In this document: positions 28,613 to 39,265 of the stretch, one piece after another
Numbering within the stretch: position 1 is the first letter of the stretch
How the letters are laid out: each line of letters opens with the position of its first letter
Assembly (NCBI GenBank): GCA_964565195.1
Contig: CAZMCQ010000005.1
Span: forward strand, 30,697-94,696
Reading direction: 5' to 3'
DNA: 64,000 nucleotides
Origin: an uncultured Candidatus Saccharibacteria bacterium
GTDB lineage: Bacteria; Patescibacteriota; Doudnabacteria; UBA920; 2-01-FULL-46-14
Program-made: the position numbers and the translations under genes
The notes under the pieces: model-generated
The model's input: only the letters and a program-made list of their open reading frames with translations
Database searches by the model: none
What the model was told of the DNA's origin: nothing

Positions 28613-28855
28613 ATGGCGAAACAAAACGATAAGGATATATCCAATGAAGAACTGGCCGAAATGGTGGCCAGGGGTTTTGAAAATGTCGATAAGCGATTTG
28701 ACGGCGTAGATAAGAAACTTGATGATGTTGAAACGCGATTGACATTGGTTGAGCGAAAAGTCGATAAGGCAATGTATCTTGATTCCCAACGCGTTGACAA
28801 ATTGGAAAAACAAGTCAAAACTATTCAAGAGAAACTCGGAATCGCGCAAAATTAA
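28613..28855 (+). CDS. Small coiled-coil protein, paralog 2 (80 aa)
   Basis: ...LAEMVARGFENVDKRFDGVDKKLDDVETRLTLVERKVDKAMYLDSQRVDKLEKQVKTIQEKLG aligns without gaps to the ORF at 6619..6849. Confidence 0.6.
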   Translation: MAKQNDKDISNEELAEMVARGFENVDKRFDGVDKKLDDVETRLTLVERKVDKAMYLDSQRVDKLEKQVKTIQEKLGIAQN

Positions 28856-28903
28856 AAAACGGCCCTTACTGGCCGTTTTTTAATGGAAATGAACAGTGAG
28901 TAA

Positions 28904-30718
28904 TTAGACTTGTATTACTACGGGTAAGACCATAGGTCGGCGTTCGGTCCTCTGAAAGAGGAACTCGCCGATCTGGTCGCGGATTTGGTTTCGGATAAAC
29001 GCCCAGTTCGCCTCGTGCGGTTTGTGATTGTGAGTTTCTACGACTTTGCGGACTTCATGCTTGACCTCACGAATGAGGTCTTCCGAGCCCTTCATATACA
29101 CGAACCCGCGCGAGATGATATCCGGGTGATTGACGAGTTTGCCACTCCGGCGGTCCACGCTCATGATCACCACGAACATGCCGTCTTTGGCCATGACCTG
29201 CCGGTCGCGCAGCACCACCTCGCCGACATCGCCGACCCCGAGGCCATCCACGAAGATGAGCCCCGAGGAAACCTGCTCGCCAAGCTTGCGCGCGCCATGC
29301 GGACCGATCTCCAGCACCTGGCCGTTGTCCACGATAAAGATATTTTCCCGTTTTACGCCCACTGATTCGGCCAGGTTCGCATGCGCCACCAGCATGTAGT
29401 GTTCGCCGTGAATCGGCATAAAGTATCTCGGCTTGGTGAGCGAGATCATGAGTTTGAGGTCTTCCTGGCGCGCGTGGCCCGAGGTGTGCACATCGAGAAT
29501 TTTCTGGTAAAGCACGTGCGCGCCCTGGCGGGTGAGATCATTCATCACTGACGCGATCGCCCGCTCGTTGCCCGGGATGGGCGAGGCCGAGACCACGACC
29601 GTGTCGCCCGGTTTGATGCGGATGGTTTTGTGTTCCTGCCGCGCGATGCGCGCGAGGGCTGCCGCCTCTTCGCCCTGGGAGCCGGTCGTGAGAATCAGAA
29701 CTTTATTATCCGGCAATCTGTGGGCCGCTTCGGCAGTAACAATGGTTCTTTTTGGAATGTCGAGATAGGCCATACCATGGGCGATTTCGACATTGGTCAC
29801 CATACTTCTCCCGGTGACCACGACCTTGCGGTCCATTTTTACGGACGAGTTGATGGCCTGTTGGATGCGCGAGATGAGCGTGGAGAAGGTCGCGAAAATC
29901 ACGCGGCCTGGCGCATCTTTGACGATGCGGTCAATGGTTTCGCCAAGTTCCTTTTCCGAGATGGAATAGCCGGGTTCGTTGGCATTGGTCGAGTCTGACA
30001 TCAGGAGATCCACGCCCTCGCCGCCGAATTTAGCGATTTTGTCAAACTCGCTCGGCTTCTGGTCCACCGGCGTGTGGTCGAATTTCCAGTCCGTGGCGTA
30101 GACGACGTGCGCGGCCGGAGTTTTGATGGAGAGGCCGACCGAGTCCGGAATGTTGTGATTCAGGCGGAAGAAACGGATGGTGAAGACGCCGAGCGTAAGC
30201 GTATCGTCCTTGCTCACCCGATGGATTTTGGAGCGGCCCTGGAGATGAAATTCCTCGAGGCGCTTGTCAATAAACGCGGCCGTGAGCGGCATGGTGTACA
30301 CGTCTGGATCGCCGATTTTCGGCAGGATGTAAGGCACGGCGCCGATGTGATCGAGGTGGCCGTGGGTGATGATCACGCCGCGGATATTTTTTTTCCGTTC
30401 CTGCAGATATTTGGTATCCGGAATAACATAATCAATTCCCGGCATGGTTTCATCCGGGAACGCCAGGCCCATATCCACGACGATGATGTCATGGCCGTAT
30501 TCGAACATGGTCATGTTTTCACCGACCTCTTCCACGCCGCCAAGCGGAATGACGCGCAGGCGCGCCCCGCCTTCGCCAAGGCTTCGGCGGGCAGGCTCAC
30601 TCTTTTGTGTCGCTTGAGCACCACGGGCGTACTGAACAGAGCGCGAGACCGGCAGGTGGCGCACCATTCGTTTTCTCATTCCCGAATGGGTCCGGGAACT
30701 TCTGGTAAAGGCAATCAT
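28904..30718 (-). CDS. rnj: Ribonuclease J (metallo-beta-lactamase/beta-CASP RNase)
   Basis: LRVIPLGGVEEVGENMTMFEYGHDIIVVDMG, HGHLDHIGAVPY (HxHxDH), beta-CASP and a C-terminal domain. The true start is probably an internal Met upstream of LRVIPLGG. Confidence 0.88.
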   Translation of the reverse strand: MIAFTRSSRTHSGMRKRMVRHLPVSRSVQYARGAQATQKSEPARRSLGEGGARLRVIPLGGVEEVGENMTMFEYGHDIIVVDMGLAFPDETMPGIDYVIPDTKYLQERKKNIRGVIITHGHLDHIGAVPYILPKIGDPDVYTMPLTAAFIDKRLEEFHLQGRSKIHRVSKDDTLTLGVFTIRFFRLNHNIPDSVGLSIKTPAAHVVYATDWKFDHTPVDQKPSEFDKIAKFGGEGVDLLMSDSTNANEPGYSISEKELGETIDRIVKDAPGRVIFATFSTLISRIQQAINSSVKMDRKVVVTGRSMVTNVEIAHGMAYLDIPKRTIVTAEAAHRLPDNKVLILTTGSQGEEAAALARIARQEHKTIRIKPGDTVVVSASPIPGNERAIASVMNDLTRQGAHVLYQKILDVHTSGHARQEDLKLMISLTKPRYFMPIHGEHYMLVAHANLAESVGVKRENIFIVDNGQVLEIGPHGARKLGEQVSSGLIFVDGLGVGDVGEVVLRDRQVMAKDGMFVVIMSVDRRSGKLVNHPDIISRGFVYMKGSEDLIREVKHEVRKVVETHNHKPHEANWAFIRNQIRDQIGEFLFQRTERRPMVLPVVIQV

Positions 30719-30865
30719 TATGAAGTTTTCACGTGGTTAATAAGTAGAAAATCTGGCACAAAACCGCGGTTTTATGCGAAAATCCCTAATTACCAAGCCA
30801 TTTTTTGTTTCTGCAAGAGGATATCTTGTAGAGGAAGTATAGCAAAGAAAAACCGGGCTGTCAAC

Positions 30866-30952
30866 TGGTGGGCACGAGAGGATTTGAACCTCCACGGGAT
30901 TGCTCCCACTAGCTCCTGAAGCTAGCGCGTATGCCAGTTCCGCCACGTGCCC
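30866..30952 (-). tRNA. tRNA-Leu (anticodon CAG), type II with long variable arm, CCA encoded
   Basis: Reverse complement GGGCACGTGGCGGAACTGGCATACGCGCTAGCTTCAGGAGCTAGTGGGAGCAATCCCGTGGAGGTTCAAATCCTCTCGTGCCCACCA. Anticodon loop CTTCAGGA. Confidence 0.88.
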
Positions 30953-30979
30953 AGGTCGCAATATATTTTACCGCGCAAT

Positions 30980-32710
30980 TCATTTTGTTTCAATATACCA
31001 CTTGTTGATGTCGGCAAAACGATCCGGGGGGGTGACAATGTTTTTTAGATCAAGACCTTTGACGTCTTTGGAGATATTGTAGACGTAGAGACTGCGGTCG
31101 ATGAAGATGGCCGGCGCGTCGCCGACGAAAACTTCCTGGAATTTTTTATATTTTTCGGCCCGCGTTTCCGGACTGACAATGCCGCGCGCCTCGATGAGCA
31201 GTTTGTCCGCCTCCTTGTTGGAAAAGTTGGTGAGGTTTGCGCCGGGATCGCGAAGTTGCGACGAATGCCAGTAGGGATAAGGATCCGGGTCGCCACCAAC
31301 ATTCTCGGAAAAAAGCAGCAGTTCGAAATTCCTTGGGCGGATAAATTTTTCCTCGAGGTCCGAGGCCACCTCGATGTTTAAATTGATCTGGACACCCAGA
31401 CTTTCCCACATTTCCTTGAGCGCCTCGGCCACGCGCACGTTCGGCGAGAAATTGTTGGTGGCCAGCGACAGGGCGAGAGCGCGGCCCTGTTTGTCGCGGC
31501 GCACTCCCGCTGGCTGCGACTGCCGCACCCACCCCGCCTGGTCGAGCAGGGCTTCGGACTTTTGCGGCTCGTAGATATTCATATCCGCGCCCGGAATTTG
31601 TTCATGGTAGCCTAAGGCGCCGGGCAGGATCGGGCCATACGCCTCCTCGGCCTGATTCCCGTAGACTTCGGTAATGATTCTTTTTTTATCCACGGCCTTG
31701 GCCAGGGCCAGGCGCACGCGCACGTCGCCTAAGGGGGCGGGATTTTTCAGGCGGTTGATGAAGACCGCCTGATATTGCGGCAGGAAGAACCGCAGTTGCT
31801 TAAGATTCTTTTTGGGTTCCAGGAAAAGACTTTGGTCAAAGGGCACGTAGCCCAAGCCCATAATCTCGCGGCCCTGATAGGCCGTGATCAGCGAGTCAGT
31901 GGCGTCATAGAATTTGAAGGTCAGCTCGGCAAGGTAGGGTTTGCCCGCGTGGTAGCGGTCAAAACGCTTGAGGCGGAGCTCACGGATTTCGCCAGAGCCA
32001 AACCGCTTGATGCCGGTAACCTGGTAAGGGCCGCTGCCGACCGGTTCCAGATTGTAGCTGGAAAGTCCAAACGCTTCCGGCTTGATGTTGGCCCAGATAT
32101 GTTTCGGCAGGATGCCGACCGTGAGATTATTGAGAAAACTTGTGGAGGCCTCGCGCGTCGTGAGCCGCAGGGTTAAGTCATCAATTTTTTCGACAGTGAC
32201 GCGATTCCAGGTGAGGTGCAGGGGGCTGCCGTATTCCAGATTTTGAATGATCTGGTAGGTGTAGACGAGGTCATCTGCCGTCATTTTTACCCCGTCGTGC
32301 CAATAGACATTATCTTTGATGCGAATGGTAAAAACTTTTCCGTCCGGGGCGATCTGTAAATCGGCGATCAGGTCGGGAACGAGATTCAGCTCTCCATCAT
32401 ATTTGTAAAGCGCGGCATAGATGACGCGCGAGATGTCCGCGTCAACGTCATTGGCCGTGGCGAGCAGCGGATTTAAATAGCGCGGCTGGCCGATCAACCC
32501 TTCGGTATATTCGCCACCGTAGTCCGGGGTGGTGCCGCTCCCTCGCCAAAACATCAGGAAGATCAGATTGGCGAGGAGGATGGCAGTGAAAAACAGGAGC
32601 AGCCTTTTTTCTACTCTCGAAAAGCGGTGCCAGTAAGTTTTAAGACGAGATAACAAGGTTGATGACGCCGATGGCGACAAATAACACGACGAGCACAATG
32701 GTTGCCGCAA
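30980..32710 (-). CDS. ABC transporter substrate-binding protein, family 5 (peptide/nickel-type), membrane-anchored
   Basis: 576 aa with an N-terminal TM helix and an SBP_bac_5-like length and composition. The start codon is uncertain because the ORF overlaps the secG 3' end by 71 nt. Confidence 0.6.
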   Translation of the reverse strand: MRQPLCSSCYLSPSASSTLLSRLKTYWHRFSRVEKRLLLFFTAILLANLIFLMFWRGSGTTPDYGGEYTEGLIGQPRYLNPLLATANDVDADISRVIYAALYKYDGELNLVPDLIADLQIAPDGKVFTIRIKDNVYWHDGVKMTADDLVYTYQIIQNLEYGSPLHLTWNRVTVEKIDDLTLRLTTREASTSFLNNLTVGILPKHIWANIKPEAFGLSSYNLEPVGSGPYQVTGIKRFGSGEIRELRLKRFDRYHAGKPYLAELTFKFYDATDSLITAYQGREIMGLGYVPFDQSLFLEPKKNLKQLRFFLPQYQAVFINRLKNPAPLGDVRVRLALAKAVDKKRIITEVYGNQAEEAYGPILPGALGYHEQIPGADMNIYEPQKSEALLDQAGWVRQSQPAGVRRDKQGRALALSLATNNFSPNVRVAEALKEMWESLGVQINLNIEVASDLEEKFIRPRNFELLLFSENVGGDPDPYPYWHSSQLRDPGANLTNFSNKEADKLLIEARGIVSPETRAEKYKKFQEVFVGDAPAIFIDRSLYVYNISKDVKGLDLKNIVTPPDRFADINKWYIETK

Positions 32711-32861
32711 AGAGCATTTTTTCCAAACCCCGTTTGGTGCGATAGATCGCGCCCGTGCCCCCGAACACGCCCGACAGGCCGCTGCCGCGATTCTGCAGCA
32801 GGATCGAGCCGATCAGCAGTACGGAAATAACGATTTGTGAAATGATGATTACCTTTTGCAC
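32640..32861 (-). CDS. secG: Preprotein translocase subunit SecG
   Basis: 73 aa, two TM helices, LLQNRGSGLSGVFGG motif. Confidence 0.85.
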   Translation of the reverse strand: MQKVIIISQIVISVLLIGSILLQNRGSGLSGVFGGTGAIYRTKRGLEKMLFAATIVLVVLFVAIGVINLVISS

Positions 32862-32908
32862 CTAAATATCCTATAAAAATTAGGCAGATAAGTCAATCCC
32901 GATGTGAT

Positions 32909-34762
32909 TTATATTTGTTCTTTTAAAATTTTCGCTTTTGCCTCGCCGATGACCTCTGCGATTTCGTCATGCGAGGTTTTTTTTATTTCCGCAGCCGAGC
33001 CGAATTTTTTTAAGAGTTTTTTCTTGAGCACTGGCCCAATCCCAGGGATCTCGTCGAGCCGCGAACGGACCATCGCGCGGCCGCGCCGCCCGCGGTGAAA
33101 GGTCGCGGCAAACCGGTGCGCCTCGTCGCGGAGGCGCTGCAGCAGATGCAGAACCAGAGAATTTTGCGGCAGACGAATCGGTTGTTTTTTTTGGGAAAGA
33201 TAAATTTCTTCGAGCCGTTTGGCCAAAGCGATCTTGGGAATTGGGAATTGGGAATTGGGAATTGCGGCTTCCGCCGCGTTGAGCTGTCCGCGGCCGCCGT
33301 CAATGATGATGAGGTCAGGGGTTGGCCAGGTTTTCGACCTCTCCCTTTCTCCCTCCCCATCACCTGGGGAGGGAACTCCTCTCTCCAGGAGGTGGAGAGA
33401 GGATGGGAGAGGGGTCGAGATATGCCCGAACCTTCTCTCCAACATCTCCCGCATCATCGCCACGTCATCTGGCGTTTCCTTGATATTGATTTTGAATTTT
33501 CGGTACTGCGATTTGTCTGGCCGGCCCTGCGTGAAAACTATCATTGAACCCACGGGATGGGTGCCCTGCATATTGGAGATATCAAAAGCTTCGATCCGCT
33601 CCGGCAATTTCGGAAGATTGAGAAGCCTTTTTAATTCCTCGAGAATTTTCGTCTCGTCTTCTTTTTCGAATGTGGCGCGTTCGCGTTCATAGTACGCCCG
33701 CGCGTTTTCGCCGGCCAGCTGCATCAGTTTGCCCTTGCGGCCGCGCACGGGCACAGCGATTTTAACTTTTGCTTTTCGCAATTTGCCGAGCGCGGCTTCC
33801 ACGATGTCGCTGTTTTCGATGCGGCCCGGCAAAAAAATATTTTTCGGGATGTCGGAACTGTCCTGATAATATTGCACGATGAAGCGTTCGAGGATTTCGC
33901 CCGCCGGCGCGCTATCATGCGTAAGCGTAAAATGCTCCTGGTTTAGGAGTTTCCCTTCGCGGACCAAGAATACATTGACCACTGCTTCAGTCGGAGCGGT
34001 GTATAGGCCGAGGTAGTCCTCATTTTCTTTTTTGGGCGAGATGACTTTTTGCCGTTCCCAGATCGAAAGCAGGGCGCGAAGCTTGTCGCGGAGCAGCGCC
34101 GCGTATTCAAAATTTTTCTCCCGCGCCGCCTGCTTCATATCGTGTTTTAGATCTGCGATTACCGCGCCTTGCTTATGTCTCAAAAAATCACCAATCTCTT
34201 TCATCTGGTGCCGGTATTGTGAAAGAGAAATTTCGCCGACGCAGACACCCGGGCAGCGTTTCAGATGATAGGCAAAGCAGGGCCTGCTGGTGATTTTTTT
34301 GTTCCGGCAAAGATGGAAAACATTTTCGATGAGTTTCAAAGTGCGGCGGACGGCGAGGCCGGAAGTGTAGGGGCCGAAGTATTTTGCTTGCGCCCGCGAT
34401 CCCAATTTACGAACCGGGTATATTTGGGGAATTGCAGAGGCGTAATCGATCTTGATGAACTGGTAGTTTTTATCGTCGCGCAGCAGGATGTTATAGCGCG
34501 GCTGGTACTGCTTGATGAGGTTGTTTTCGAGAATCAGACTTTCCACTTCGTTGGAGACCAGGAAATAGTCGAGGTCAGCGATCTCGGCAATCATCATTTC
34601 TGTGCGCGTCTCGCGGCCAGAGCTTTTGATGAAATAACTGCGCACGCGAGCGCGCAGATTTTTCGCCTTGCCGACATAAATAATTTCTCCGGCCGCATTT
34701 TTGTATAAATACACGCCGGGTTTGGCAGGAAGGGTGTTTAGCTTGCTTTCAAGCAACGACAT
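32909..34762 (-). CDS. uvrC: Excinuclease ABC subunit C
   Basis: N-terminal GIY-YIG ([30 protein letters not shown]), a UvrBC-interaction region and C-terminal RNase H-like/HhH domains. It contains in-frame insertions encoded by the (GGGAATT)4 repeat and two GC-rich hairpins. Confidence 0.93.
   Translation of the reverse strand: MSLLESKLNTLPAKPGVYLYKNAAGEIIYVGKAKNLRARVRSYFIKSSGRETRTEMMIAEIADLDYFLVSNEVESLILENNLIKQYQPRYNILLRDDKNYQFIKIDYASAIPQIYPVRKLGSRAQAKYFGPYTSGLAVRRTLKLIENVFHLCRNKKITSRPCFAYHLKRCPGVCVGEISLSQYRHQMKEIGDFLRHKQGAVIADLKHDMKQAAREKNFEYAALLRDKLRALLSIWERQKVISPKKENEDYLGLYTAPTEAVVNVFLVREGKLLNQEHFTLTHDSAPAGEILERFIVQYYQDSSDIPKNIFLPGRIENSDIVEAALGKLRKAKVKIAVPVRGRKGKLMQLAGENARAYYERERATFEKEDETKILEELKRLLNLPKLPERIEAFDISNMQGTHPVGSMIVFTQGRPDKSQYRKFKINIKETPDDVAMMREMLERRFGHISTPLPSSLHLLERGVPSPGDGEGERERSKTWPTPDLIIIDGGRGQLNAAEAAIPNSQFPIPKIALAKRLEEIYLSQKKQPIRLPQNSLVLHLLQRLRDEAHRFAATFHRGRRGRAMVRSRLDEIPGIGPVLKKKLLKKFGSAAEIKKTSHDEIAEVIGEAKAKILKEQI
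33236..33263. repeat. (GGGAATT)x4 perfect heptanucleotide tandem repeat inside the uvrC coding sequence
   Basis: tt-gggaatt-gggaatt-gggaatt-gggaatt-gcgg. It encodes [11 protein letters not shown] in UvrC. Related copies occur in tsaD (9221..9250) and the minor-pilin leader (52938..52992). Confidence 0.85.
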
Positions 34763-34874
34763 GTCCTCATTATATCGCGGGTTGACTTGTCTTGACAGCT
34801 ATGGTACACTGGCAGCTAGTTTATTTTTAGCTTCCCCGATCTTTATCGGGGCAATCGGCTTTGGCAAAAATCTC

Positions 34875-37697
34875 ATGACCAAACCAACCTCCGCAGAACT
34901 CATCAAAATCCGCGGCGCGCGGGTGCACAACCTCAAGAATATTGACCTCGATATTCCGCGCAACAAACTCGTGGTGTTCACGGGCATTTCCGGCTCGGGG
35001 AAATCCTCGCTTGCGTTTGACACGATCTACGCCGAGGGGCAGCGCCGGTACGTCGAGTCCCTCTCGGCCTATGCGCGGCAGTTTTTGGGGCTCATGGACA
35101 AGCCGGACGTGGAACAGATCGAAGGGCTCTCGCCCGCGATTTCCATTGACCAGAAGTCCGCCTCGCACAACCCGCGTTCGACAGTCGGCACAGTCACGGA
35201 AATTTACGATTACCTGCGGCTCTTGTTCGCGCGCGTGGGCGTGCCGCATTGCCCGGTCTGCGGGAAAAAGATCGCGGGGCAAACCGTAACCGCGATGGTG
35301 GGCCAGATTTTGCATTACCCAGAGGGAAAAAAACTGATGATTCTCGCGCCGTTTGTGGCCGACCGCAAGGGCGAGCACAAATTCGCGCTTGAAGAGGCGC
35401 GTAAAGCCGGCTACGCGCGCGTGCGTCTCGACGGCACTTTTTTAGACCTCTCCGAGGCGCTTGCTTCCAATATAGATAAGAAAAAGAAACACTCGATTGA
35501 TGTAGTCGTGGACCGGCTGACGCTCGACAAAAAAGACCGCGCCCGCATCGCTGATTCCCTTGAGACCGCGCTTGATCTCGGCAATGAAGCGGCCGTTTTG
35601 CATTTAGTGGATGAAGGAAAAGACGTCATTCTCTCGCAGAAATTCGCCTGTCCCGAGGGGCACATCTCGCTTCCCGAATTGCATCCGCGCAATTTCTCTT
35701 TCAATTCGCCGCATGGCGCCTGTCCAGCCTGCACTGGCCTCGGCACCAAGCTTGAAGTGGACCCCGATTTGGTGATTCCGAATCCACGCCTGTCCCTGGC
35801 CGAGGGCGCAGTGCGGCCGTGGAGCAAAACCACGGCGCGCCTGTCCTGGTATGACCGCATCCTTGAGGCCGTGGCCGAGACTTTCGGCTTTTCGGTCAGC
35901 GTGCCGGTCAAAGAACTTTCCAAACAGGACATTGACATTGTGCTTTATGGCTCGAAGGACCGAAAAATTTATCTGGACGGCGCGGAGACGGAGTTTGAAG
36001 GCGTGGTGCCCAACCTCGAGCGGCGCTATCTGGAAACAGATTCGGATTATATGCGCGCCGAGATCGAGCAGTATATGCGGCTGCAGATCTGTCCGGTCTG
36101 CCAGGGCCGGCGGCTGCGGCCCGAGGTCTTGGCTGTGACTATTTTGGATGAATCGATTATTGATGTCTCGGAGCGCACCGTGGATCGCGCCCAGGAATTT
36201 TTCGCGGCCTTGGAGACCAAACTTTCCGAAAAGGACCGCAAGATCGCCCGACAGATTTTGAAGGAGATCCGCGCGCGCCTGAAGTTTTTGCAGAATGTGG
36301 GTTTGGAATATTTGACCCTCGCTCGCGCCGCGGACACGCTCTCCGGCGGGGAAGCCCAGCGTATTCGTCTCGCCACGCAGATCGGCTCAGGTCTCACCGG
36401 TGTTTTGTATATTTTGGACGAGCCGTCCATTGGGCTGCACCAGCGCGACAACGCGCGTCTGCTGGCCACGCTCAAAAACCTGCGCGACCTCGGCAATACG
36501 GTGATCGTCGTGGAACACGACGAGGAGACGATTCTGGCGGCGGACTGGGTCGTGGACATCGGCCCGGGCGCTGGCAAGCACGGCGGCGAAATCGTGGCCG
36601 TGGGGCTCCCGGCGGAGATCAAGAAAAATCCGGCCTCGCTCACCGGTAAATATTTGTCCGGCAAGGAGGAAATTCCCCTGCCGGCGCGGCGTAAGAGCGG
36701 CAGCGGCAAAAAACTTTCCATTGTCGGCGCGACCGAGCATAATTTACAAAACCTCACGGTAGATATCCCGCTGGGCAAGTTCGTTTGCATCACCGGCGTT
36801 TCCGGTTCCGGCAAATCCACGCTGCTCAATGATATTCTCGCGAAGGCGCTTTCTAGATATTTTTATAATGCCAAGGAGGAACCCGGGGAACACAAGAAAC
36901 TTCTCGGCCTGGACAACATTGACAAGGTCATTAACATTGACCAGTCGCCGATCGGCCGGACGCCGCGCTCCAACCCCGCGACCTATACGGGCGTCTTTAC
37001 CTATATTCGGGATCTTTTTGCCGCGACGCCGGAGGCAAAGATGCGCGGCTACAAGGCCGGGCGCTTCTCGTTCAATGTCAAAGGCGGCCGCTGCGAGGTT
37101 TGCGCGGGCGACGGCCTCATCCAGATCGAGATGCACTTCCTGCCGGATGTGTATGTGACGTGCGAGGAGTGCAAAGGCCAGCGCTACAACAAAGAAGCGC
37201 TCGATATCCACTATAAAGAAAAAACCATTGCCGATATTCTGGAGATGACTGTGGACGAGGCGCGCATTTTCTTCCGCAACATCCCGGCCGTCTACCGCAA
37301 ACTCGACACGCTCTCGCTCGTGGGCCTGGGCTATATGCATCTGGGACAGAGCGCGACCACGCTGTCCGGCGGGGAGGCGCAGCGCATCAAGCTCGCCACG
37401 GAACTGTCGCGCGCGCAGACCGGCAAGACTTTGTATATTCTCGACGAGCCGACCACTGGCCTGCATTTTGATGATGTGAAGCGGCTCTTGCATGTGCTCG
37501 CCAAGCTCGTGGAAAAAGGCAATACCGTGATCGTCATTGAGCACAACCTGCACGTCATCAAGTGCGCGGACTGGATCATTGACCTCGGGCCCGAGGGCGG
37601 GGACCGCGGCGGCGAGCTCGTCGCCGCCGGCACGCCCGAGGAGGTGGCCCGCATCAAGCGCAGCTACACTGGGCAGTATTTGAAGAAGATTTTGTAA
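34875..37697 (+). CDS. uvrA: Excinuclease ABC subunit A
   Basis: Start at [59 protein letters not shown]. Two ABC modules plus zinc fingers ([19 protein letters not shown]). The ORF track extends 58 codons upstream of this. Confidence 0.95.
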   Translation: MTKPTSAELIKIRGARVHNLKNIDLDIPRNKLVVFTGISGSGKSSLAFDTIYAEGQRRYVESLSAYARQFLGLMDKPDVEQIEGLSPAISIDQKSASHNPRSTVGTVTEIYDYLRLLFARVGVPHCPVCGKKIAGQTVTAMVGQILHYPEGKKLMILAPFVADRKGEHKFALEEARKAGYARVRLDGTFLDLSEALASNIDKKKKHSIDVVVDRLTLDKKDRARIADSLETALDLGNEAAVLHLVDEGKDVILSQKFACPEGHISLPELHPRNFSFNSPHGACPACTGLGTKLEVDPDLVIPNPRLSLAEGAVRPWSKTTARLSWYDRILEAVAETFGFSVSVPVKELSKQDIDIVLYGSKDRKIYLDGAETEFEGVVPNLERRYLETDSDYMRAEIEQYMRLQICPVCQGRRLRPEVLAVTILDESIIDVSERTVDRAQEFFAALETKLSEKDRKIARQILKEIRARLKFLQNVGLEYLTLARAADTLSGGEAQRIRLATQIGSGLTGVLYILDEPSIGLHQRDNARLLATLKNLRDLGNTVIVVEHDEETILAADWVVDIGPGAGKHGGEIVAVGLPAEIKKNPASLTGKYLSGKEEIPLPARRKSGSGKKLSIVGATEHNLQNLTVDIPLGKFVCITGVSGSGKSTLLNDILAKALSRYFYNAKEEPGEHKKLLGLDNIDKVINIDQSPIGRTPRSNPATYTGVFTYIRDLFAATPEAKMRGYKAGRFSFNVKGGRCEVCAGDGLIQIEMHFLPDVYVTCEECKGQRYNKEALDIHYKEKTIADILEMTVDEARIFFRNIPAVYRKLDTLSLVGLGYMHLGQSATTLSGGEAQRIKLATELSRAQTGKTLYILDEPTTGLHFDDVKRLLHVLAKLVEKGNTVIVIEHNLHVIKCADWIIDLGPEGGDRGGELVAAGTPEEVARIKRSYTGQYLKKIL

Positions 37698-37754
37698 AAT
37701 TATAAAAAAATCCGCCGCCCCGAGGATGTTTAAGTCCTAGGGCGGCGTTTGTAT

Positions 37755-39167
37755 TCAGATCGCCGACAGATTGGCGAGCTGAGTTTCGCGTGTGTCGAGG
37801 GCGCGCAGGAGCGCGTTCTCGACCGCTCGGACATCGGCCGCGAGTTCGATCGGCGGGTTAGCGTGGCGGGCCTCGATGCCTTTGAGGCTCTGTTCGTGAT
37901 ATTGACGGGTTGAGTCAGTGAATTTCAACCCATTCGCCGTCGAGAGTACTTGCACCCGGGCAGAGCGGGGAATAACGCCGCGATTCACGAGTTTTTTCGT
38001 AACCGCGAGAGCGACTCCGGTTTGGGTGCAGTTGAACATGCCGGTGAGGTCACCCTCAACCCGGGCTTCTTCAAGCTCCTGCTCGCTCGCGATCTCCACG
38101 ATACCATTGGTATTCTTGATCGCCTGGACGGCTTTCGGGTAGCTTACCGGATTGCCGATCTGGATAGCACTCGCGAGCGTCGGTTTGGGTTCCATGGGAT
38201 GGAACTCCTTAAAACCAGTCCGGTAGCTTTGGTAGAACGGGTCGGCGGCTTCCGCCTGGGCGCAGACGAGGCGCGGGAAACGATCGATTAGCCCGAGTAT
38301 CCGAAGCATCCAGAAACCTTTGGCCAGGGCGCTCACGTTGCCGAGATTGCCGCCCGGTAGCACGACGAAGTCAGGAACCTGCCAATCAAATTGCTGACAG
38401 ATTTCGAAGGAGACGGTTTTTTGTCCCTCAATCCGGAGGCTGTTTTTCGAATTGGCGAGGTAAAAGCCGAGGCGCGCGGCGATTTGTTCGCCAATCGTCA
38501 TGCACCCGTCGAAATTCGTGTCGAGCGCGAGGGTGATGGCGCCGTTCGCCAGCGGCTGGACGAGCTGGGCCCCGGAAATCTTGTTCCGCGGCAAGAGGAC
38601 GACGGCCGGAATTTTGGCCATGGCCGCATAGGCCGCGAGTGAGGCCGAGGTGTCGCCCGTCGAGGAGCAGATGACAGCGCGCACGTTCTTTCCCCTGGCC
38701 CGCATCTGTTTCACGTTACTGACGAGCACAGTCATCCCGAGGTCTTTGAACGAGCCAGTGTGAGAGTTCCCGCACTGTTTGATCCAGAGATCCGGAAGTC
38801 CCCACTGCTGACCGAGCAGCTCGGCCCAAAACATGTTGGTGTTTCCCTCGGCCGTCGAGACGACATTTTCATTGTCGAGTTCGGGGTGGACGAATTCTTT
38901 TTTCGCCCACACGCCGGAGCCATAGGGCCATTCAGTCGTCGCGAGACGGCTGTGGAAGACTTCTTTCCAGCGGTCGGGCGGAGTTTTGGCGAGCTCGGAG
39001 AGGCGATGGGTCACCTCCAAGAGACCGCCGCATTTCGGGCATTCGTAAATCACCTCATCAAGCGGGTAAGTTCCGGGACAATCACTAAAACAGCGAAACG
39101 CAGCCTGGTAGTTAGCTTGGTTAGGGTTTTCCAATTGCATTTTTTCCTCCAAAAAGTTGAAATTCAT
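37755..39167 (-). CDS. thrC: Threonine synthase
   Basis: PLP lysine motif GNSHTGSFKDLGMTVLVS and an N-terminal Cys4 zinc-ribbon-like segment (CFSDCPGT...CPKCGG). 470 aa. Confidence 0.85.
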   Translation of the reverse strand: MNFNFLEEKMQLENPNQANYQAAFRCFSDCPGTYPLDEVIYECPKCGGLLEVTHRLSELAKTPPDRWKEVFHSRLATTEWPYGSGVWAKKEFVHPELDNENVVSTAEGNTNMFWAELLGQQWGLPDLWIKQCGNSHTGSFKDLGMTVLVSNVKQMRARGKNVRAVICSSTGDTSASLAAYAAMAKIPAVVLLPRNKISGAQLVQPLANGAITLALDTNFDGCMTIGEQIAARLGFYLANSKNSLRIEGQKTVSFEICQQFDWQVPDFVVLPGGNLGNVSALAKGFWMLRILGLIDRFPRLVCAQAEAADPFYQSYRTGFKEFHPMEPKPTLASAIQIGNPVSYPKAVQAIKNTNGIVEIASEQELEEARVEGDLTGMFNCTQTGVALAVTKKLVNRGVIPRSARVQVLSTANGLKFTDSTRQYHEQSLKGIEARHANPPIELAADVRAVENALLRALDTRETQLANLSAI

Positions 39168-39233
39168 TATAGTTATAGGTAATGAATTCGTCCAGGGTTA
39201 GCACCCCGTCATACGACGGGGCAGGCTTGACTT

Positions 39234-39260
39234 TTAGCACTTAGACTGCTAGAGTGCTAA
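39234..39260 (+). promoter_or_regulatory. CIRCE operator (TTAGCACTT-N9-GAGTGCTAA) upstream of hrcA
   Basis: Matches the CIRCE consensus TTAGCACTC-N9-GAGTGCTAA with one mismatch. It ends 5 nt before the hrcA ATG. Confidence 0.85.
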
Positions 39261-39265
39261 TTGGT

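Noticed and set aside
33236-33263. Tandem (GGGAATT)4 and other short repeats considered as a possible CRISPR array
   Set aside because: The units are 7 nt, there are no spacers and no cas genes. They are simple tandem repeats inside coding sequence.
34763-34874. LexA/SOS box in the divergent uvrC-uvrA intergenic region
   Set aside because: It contains TGTC-tt-GACA and a CCCCGAT-cttt-ATCGGGG hairpin, but nothing matching CTGT-N8-ACAG or CGAACRNRYGTTYC closely enough to call. A TTGACT-N17-TACACT promoter is plausible but weak.
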